Assembly (NCBI GenBank): GCA_000004985.1
Contig: GG739193.1
From: Naegleria gruberi
Lineage: Eukaryota
Reading direction: 5' to 3' (one strand)
Length of the DNA stretch: 4,179 nt
The notes beneath the pieces are model-generated. The model was given only the letters and a program-made list of their open reading frames with translations. It did no database searches and was not told the origin of the DNA. Below, one piece after another: positions 1 through 4,179 of the stretch (within the stretch, counting starts at the first letter, position 1; every line of letters begins with the position of its first letter). Made by a program: the position numbers and the translations under genes.

Positions 1-419
1 TTGATTATTATTCATATTTATATAATGTTATATTATTAACATTAGTAGTACAATAATAGTGAAAAGTGTTGTTAATGGGTTATAATACTCAATTAATTAT
101 ATATTAAGGAAAAGTTGAGAATACTCGAATATTTAAACTATATATATTTGACTCGTAAAAAGTATATACTCTTTTATATATATTATTATAAAATGATGAT
201 ATTAATATACTTACAAATATATTTATAATTATTATTCCTAATAAAAATTACAATATATTAATAGTATTTATTTAAAGATAAATATGAGAATGACGCAATA
301 ATATTCAATCTATCAATAATTGAATGATATTAATGCAATAGTAGTAGTGTTCTGTGATGGATGGGATCTTTTTTTAATGTAATTGTGTAAATAAAAGCTT
401 CACAATAATATGAGAGAGA

Positions 420-640
420 GCCATCTCTCCTCATTTAGACATTGAATAACCATGTTGATTTTCATGCTCGTAATGGAGGCGTATTGGAAAAAGTGCCCCC
501 TATGTGAGAGTTCCTCAATACTACCAATGAAGAGTTCTCACTCAAGACACATCATCACCACCCAAACACACTCTCTCTCATTCAAACGCTCCACATTTGA
601 AATTGTGTGCTCAATGATGTGAACAAAAGGAGAGATAATA
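420..640. other. C-rich, GC-rich compositional island of unknown nature. It could be a ncRNA gene, a relic of a mobile element or foreign DNA, or a small ORF.
   Basis: My manual count over 481..580 gives 44/100 G+C, split as 31 C and 13 G on the + strand. The flank at 181..280 gives 9/100. The island holds pyrimidine tracts (ctctctctc at 571..579, caccaccc) and the gagagagag/ctctc pair at 412..429. It also has an internal direct repeat, agagttcctca (507..517) and agagttctcac (531..541), and a 6-bp inverted pair, gtgaga 504..509 with tctcac 536..541. Confidence 0.5.
452..622 (+). CDS. Speculative 56-codon small ORF inside the GC-rich island, encoding MLIFMLVMEAYWKKCPLCESSSILPMKSSHSRHIITTQTHSLSFKRSTFEIVCSMM. 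It contains a CxxC motif.
   Basis: ATG 452 to TGA 620..622 is open. However the codons are G/C-ending (ctc, gcg, ccc, cac, atc, acc, cgc), unlike the large gene next to it. There is no A-run start context, and the ORF is short. It is more likely a chance ORF in a non-coding GC-rich element. Confidence 0.12.
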   Translation: MLIFMLVMEAYWKKCPLCESSSILPMKSSHSRHIITTQTHSLSFKRSTFEIVCSMM

Positions 641-690
641 TCATTAAAGGTTGATAATTTTATTAGGATAGTAAGGAAACCTAATAAGGG

Positions 691-716
691 TTTAACATCT
701 ATTGATTGATGTTAAA
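691..716. repeat. 9-bp inverted repeat with an 8-nt spacer.
   Basis: tttaacatc (691..699) is the reverse complement of gatgttaaa (708..716). It is short and AT-rich, so a chance occurrence is plausible. Confidence 0.5.
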
Positions 717-1009
717 TAAAATATTGATAATTATAAGACAATAGAATAATTGACTTAATTTTTGACATGAATAATCTCTAATCTTGTAATATTAAATAAT
801 TATAATAAATTTTTACAAGTGTATTTAACTTTAAATATTTTCACTTCAATAGATAATTTGAGAACAGTAATTAATTGTATGTGATAATTTCTTTATTTCA
901 ACAACACTTGGCTAGTAGTGTATTCAAAATATATTAAGTTTAAATATCGGAATAATTGTTAAACTATTATGAATGATAAATAATTATCATGATCCAATAG
1001 CCAACATTA

Positions 1010-1064
1010 AAATGTCAGTGATAGGAAATAAAATCAGTAATATTAAATTCCATCACTGACATTT
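1010..1064. repeat. Perfect 13-bp inverted repeat with a 4-bp inner extension, predicted to form a hairpin, immediately upstream of the start codon.
   Basis: aaatgtcagtgat (1010..1022) is the exact reverse complement of atcactgacattt (1052..1064). After a one-base bulge at a1023, ggaa (1024..1027) pairs with ttcc (1048..1051). The loop is about 20 nt. The stem is relatively GC-containing (gtcagtg) in about 90%-AT surroundings. It ends 12 nt before ATG 1077. Confidence 0.8.
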
Positions 1065-1076
1065 GACAATAAAAAA

Positions 1077-1769
1077 ATGTTTAATCTTCTTCGTAGACTT
1101 TCAAATGTAAATGAAGAAGCAATAGAATCAAATAGTAATTTAAATAATCCCATATCATCATCATCATCTAATACAAATACAAATAGTACTAGTTCATTAT
1201 CTAAAATATTACCACCATTAAAAGATTCAAAATTATTTTCATCTGATTTTAAACGTAATAATAATAAACAACAACAACATGAACATGAACAACAAATAAC
1301 ATCAGATGATTCATCAGATGAAGATGATGATATTATGAATAATTTACATTTGACACCTAAAAGTCAATCATTAACACAATCAAATCCACTTTCAACCACT
1401 TCATCTTTATTTACTTCTACTACACCTTCATCATCTGTTAATAATACATCATCATCATCTAAAAATCAATTTGGATCATGGTTATTAGCTACACCACGTA
1501 GAAGTCAATCTACCACTTCATCACCTATTATAAATAATTCAGTATCAAATCAATCATCATCATCAGTTGCATCAAATAATTATAATAATACTTCACCATT
1601 CAGAAGATTTTCAGTATTTTCAAGTAATCATCACAATAATAATAATAGTAGTGCATTTGGATTTTTAACGAGTAGGAGTAGTTTCTCCTATTCATCTCCT
1701 TCACCTTCATCAAGGAAAAAAATTCATCATCATCCTCCTCTACTACTACTAGTAATAATCATAATCATT
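1077..1769 (+). CDS. 5' part of a large low-complexity (Ser/Asn/Thr-rich) protein. The N-terminus is MFNLLRRLSNVNEEAIESNSNLNN. The CDS is partial because it runs into the N-run.
   Basis: The ATG at 1077 is the first ATG after an in-frame stop at 1044..1046. It sits in an a7-ATG-t context, the A-run Kozak-like motif typical of dictyostelid genes. The frame stays open for 231 codons in very AT-rich DNA, where random frames close within about 10 codons. Codon usage is dictyostelid-like (tca, aat, caa, tta, att, cca, ggt), and (tca)4-5, (caa)3 and (act)3 microsatellites encode S, Q and T runs. The reading frame of the last roughly 50 nt before the gap is uncertain; see the finding at 1682..1769. 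Confidence 0.6.
1155..1169 (+). repeat. (tca)4-tct trinucleotide repeat encoding SSSSS. It is the representative case; similar (tca)n runs occur at about 1446..1460 and 1553..1564, and (caa)3 occurs at 1269..1277.
   Basis: Direct reading. The repeat is in frame with the 1077 CDS. Confidence 0.85.
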
Positions 1770-2648
1770 NNNNNNNNNNNNNNNNNNNNNNNNNNNNNNN
1801 NNNNNNNNNNNNNNNNNNNNNNNNNNNNNNNNNNNNNNNNNNNNNNNNNNNNNNNNNNNNNNNNNNNNNNNNNNNNNNNNNNNNNNNNNNNNNNNNNNNN
1901 NNNNNNNNNNNNNNNNNNNNNNNNNNNNNNNNNNNNNNNNNNNNNNNNNNNNNNNNNNNNNNNNNNNNNNNNNNNNNNNNNNNNNNNNNNNNNNNNNNNN
2001 NNNNNNNNNNNNNNNNNNNNNNNNNNNNNNNNNNNNNNNNNNNNNNNNNNNNNNNNNNNNNNNNNNNNNNNNNNNNNNNNNNNNNNNNNNNNNNNNNNNN
2101 NNNNNNNNNNNNNNNNNNNNNNNNNNNNNNNNNNNNNNNNNNNNNNNNNNNNNNNNNNNNNNNNNNNNNNNNNNNNNNNNNNNNNNNNNNNNNNNNNNNN
2201 NNNNNNNNNNNNNNNNNNNNNNNNNNNNNNNNNNNNNNNNNNNNNNNNNNNNNNNNNNNNNNNNNNNNNNNNNNNNNNNNNNNNNNNNNNNNNNNNNNNN
2301 NNNNNNNNNNNNNNNNNNNNNNNNNNNNNNNNNNNNNNNNNNNNNNNNNNNNNNNNNNNNNNNNNNNNNNNNNNNNNNNNNNNNNNNNNNNNNNNNNNNN
2401 NNNNNNNNNNNNNNNNNNNNNNNNNNNNNNNNNNNNNNNNNNNNNNNNNNNNNNNNNNNNNNNNNNNNNNNNNNNNNNNNNNNNNNNNNNNNNNNNNNNN
2501 NNNNNNNNNNNNNNNNNNNNNNNNNNNNNNNNNNNNNNNNNNNNNNNNNNNNNNNNNNNNNNNNNNNNNNNNNNNNNNNNNNNNNNNNNNNNNNNNNNNN
2601 NNNNNNNNNNNNNNNNNNNNNNNNNNNNNNNNNNNNNNNNNNNNNNNN
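1770..2648. other. Run of 879 N, either an assembly gap or a hard-masked segment. Sequence is unknown, so no feature can be called inside it.
   Basis: Direct observation of n characters. The left flank enters the run through trinucleotide microsatellites (cat/cct/act/aat). That is consistent with an unassembled low-complexity coding repeat, but this is inference. Confidence 0.95.
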
Positions 2649-2649
2649 T

Positions 2650-4179
2650 GAACATTATTTTGATTTTAAATTAATTATAAATATTGTACAATATTTTAGA
2701 AGTTTACAATTTAAAAATATTTTAGAAATTAATTTTAATATTAATCATATTTTAAATTCAAATTTACAAAATAATTTTTTATTTAATGGATTATCAATTT
2801 CATATTGGTTATATATTTTTACTTTTATAGATATTTCTAATTTTAGTAATTATAAAACAATTAGTGAATCATGTAAATATTTTAATATTATTTTAAAACA
2901 TCCATTTTTATTATTTCAATTTTTAATTCATTTTATTCCAATTCAACATTTAGAAACAAATTCAATTTTATTATTTCAACAATTTAAATTTTTTAATTTA
3001 AAATTTAATTATGAACATTTTTGTTTATCTTTAATTTTAGATAAATTTAGTCAATTTACAAATTTAGATTTTTTAAATAATCAATTATCTATACTTGCTA
3101 ATTTAAATCATATTCCAACAAATCATCATTCTTTATTTCATCATTTTAAAAATAAAAATGAATTAGATTTATCACCTTCTATAAATGGTAATAATAATAA
3201 TTTAAATAATAATTCAAATAATAATTTAAATAATAATAATGGTAGTAGTAGTAGTAGTGGAGGTAATACACCCAATACACCCAATACACCAAGAGGTAAT
3301 TTAACACCACGTGGTAAATCATCAACTCCTAATACTCCTAATACTCCGAATGAAAATATTGATGAAATTTTTAAACAACAAGAAGAATTAAATTCATCTT
3401 TTAATTCTAATCATAATTCTAATAGTCATTCTAATAATAATTCTAATAATTCTAATAATAATGATAATAGTAAAACATCTATAGATATATATAAATACAT
3501 TTATAGAAATATTAAAAATAGAATTCATTTAATTGATAATGAATATCAAAATGTTAATGATTTTATTAAATTAAAATATAGTATTGGTGATAGAGATAGA
3601 TTAATACAAAAAACAATTTTAAATTTATTAAATGAAGAATTATCATTAAAATTTTATCATTTCCAAAAAAAGAAATTAACAAATTATAGAAAAAATGAAT
3701 TAAGTAATTTATTTGGAATTTATTATAATAGAAAATGTGAATTTTATTTTATTACATTTGGTCAATATATATTTTCAATTCATTGGAAGAATTTTGAAAT
3801 TTATTTAACTAAAATTAATAATAATATTTCCATATATAGTACTTGTACACATTTTGATCATTTTGAAAATTTTAAACATAATTCATTAAATAATATTAAA
3901 AATATTAATTTAGAAGGTAATTGGACAGCATGTTTAAAATATTATAGTAATAATTATGATTCCTTTTTTGAAACTAAATATTTTTTAAAAATTAAAAAAA
4001 TTGATTTACATTATCATGCAGATATTGATACTATAAATTTAGAAAATGATGATGAAAATAATGAATTTAATTTATTAAATATTTCACATGAATCAATGGA
4101 TTTAGATCATTTAATTTCCAATTATGGAAAAGTAAAAATGGAAATTGCATTAAAAAATACACCTAAAAATAGAAATAGT
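2650..4179 (+). CDS. Continuation of the same protein-coding gene, most likely the downstream part of the 1077 gene. It is partial at both ends and runs off the window. It contains an Asn/Ser low-complexity linker with a Thr-Pro repeat cluster, then a non-repetitive C-terminal region.
   Basis: The frame with codon starts at 2650, 2653 and so on is open for all 510 codons from the gap edge to the window end. The other two + frames hit stops at 2661 and 2672. This stretch is 64-87% AT by my manual counts of 100-120-nt segments. Across that range a stop-free run of 510 codons happens by chance with negligible probability. The first in-frame ATG is at 4096, so no start codon exists for 482 codons and translation must begin upstream, in the gap or at 1077. 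Codon usage is dictyostelid-like. The ORF track omits it because there is no stop inside the window. Confidence 0.65.
3244..3258 (+). repeat. (agt)5 microsatellite encoding SSSSS within G-SSSSS-GG.
   Basis: Direct reading. The codons 3241 ggt, 3244 agt and following are in the open downstream frame. Confidence 0.85.
3265..3291 (+). repeat. Tandem 9-nt repeat, three copies (aatacaccc, aatacaccc, aatacacca), encoding NTP-NTP-NTP.
   Basis: Direct reading. The three units are in frame. Confidence 0.85.
3322..3348 (+). repeat. Second imperfect tandem 9-nt repeat (tcaactcct, aatactcct, aatactccg), encoding STP-NTP-NTP with different codons from the first block.
   Basis: Direct reading. Thr is act here versus aca upstream, and Pro is cct/ccg versus ccc/cca. 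Confidence 0.75.

Noticed and set aside
303-325. Inverted repeat attcaat / attgaat and several other 5-7 bp palindromes in the upstream AT-rich DNA (for example atgata/tatcat at about 972..991 and acact/agtgt at about 906..923).
   Set aside because: Palindromes of this length are expected by chance in about 90%-AT sequence. Only the 13-bp and 9-bp repeats were kept.
1-420. Possible additional gene or ORFs in the first 420 nt or on the minus strand of the upstream region.
   Set aside because: All six frames are densely interrupted by taa/tag/tga, and GC is about 9%. This is consistent with intergenic sequence, possibly including the 3' flank of an upstream gene. aataaa motifs occur at 240..245 and 391..396, but they cannot be interpreted in DNA this AT-rich.
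548-558. A box C/D snoRNA. The minus strand carries a perfect C-box-like gtgatga, the complement of 552..558.
   Set aside because: No D box (ctga on the minus strand, which is tcag on the plus strand) occurs anywhere between 400 and 552, so the defining C/D pairing is absent. A second C-like motif on the plus strand (aatgatgtg, 613..621) also lacks a downstream ctga.
560-567. A small-RNA-gene upstream element (acccaaac).
   Set aside because: It has one mismatch to the consensus as I recall it ([AT]CCCA[CT]AA). Without a recognisable RNA gene about 60 nt downstream, it is not convincing.
420-640. A tRNA gene in the GC-rich island.
   Set aside because: No B-box-like ggttcgantcc, or its reverse complement, on either strand. 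No obvious cloverleaf-compatible terminal complementarity.
1770-2651. The X-run portion and the tga stop (2649..2651) of the 524-aa + ORF in the track.
   Set aside because: The reading frame cannot be propagated through N of uncertain length. The stop at 2649 is meaningful only if the gap length is exactly right and there are no introns. The genuinely open frame after the gap is the one starting at 2650.
1765-2655. Minus-strand 296-aa ORF in the supplied track.
   Set aside because: It consists almost entirely of X translated from the N-run. It has only two real codons (M, F) at one end and nothing resolvable at the other. It is an artefact of ambiguous bases, not a gene.
1-4179. Prokaryotic-type systems (CRISPR arrays, defence islands, operons, integrons).
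   Set aside because: Composition, low-complexity protein style, start-codon context and codon usage are those of a dictyostelid-like eukaryote. There are no direct-repeat/spacer arrays and no compact co-directional gene clusters.

Overview
The composition points to eukaryotic nuclear DNA, most likely a dictyostelid social amoeba. Intergenic sequence is about 9% GC by my manual counts and coding sequence is AT-rich. The encoded protein has poly-Ser/Asn/Thr/Gln tracts written as (tca)n, (caa)n, (agt)n and (act)n trinucleotide runs. It uses tta/att/aat/caa/ggt/cca codons, and its start sits in an aaaaATG context. Nothing prokaryotic is present (no CRISPR, operons, rRNA or tRNA). The window is best read as one large protein-coding gene on the + strand. 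A well-supported start at 1077 opens a Ser/Asn-rich N-terminal region that runs into an 879-nt N-run (1770..2648). On the far side, a single frame stays open for 510 codons to the window end (2650..4179). The supplied ORF track misses this second frame because it has no stop. It has no in-frame ATG for its first 482 codons, so it almost certainly continues the upstream gene. The 1076-nt upstream region is typical extreme-AT intergenic DNA, with two exceptions. One is a C-rich island at about 420..640, roughly 44% GC and of unknown nature. The other is a perfect 13-bp inverted repeat (hairpin) ending 12 nt before the start codon. The minus-strand ORF in the track and the X-runs are artefacts of the N-run. 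I could not assign a known domain or gene name to the protein.
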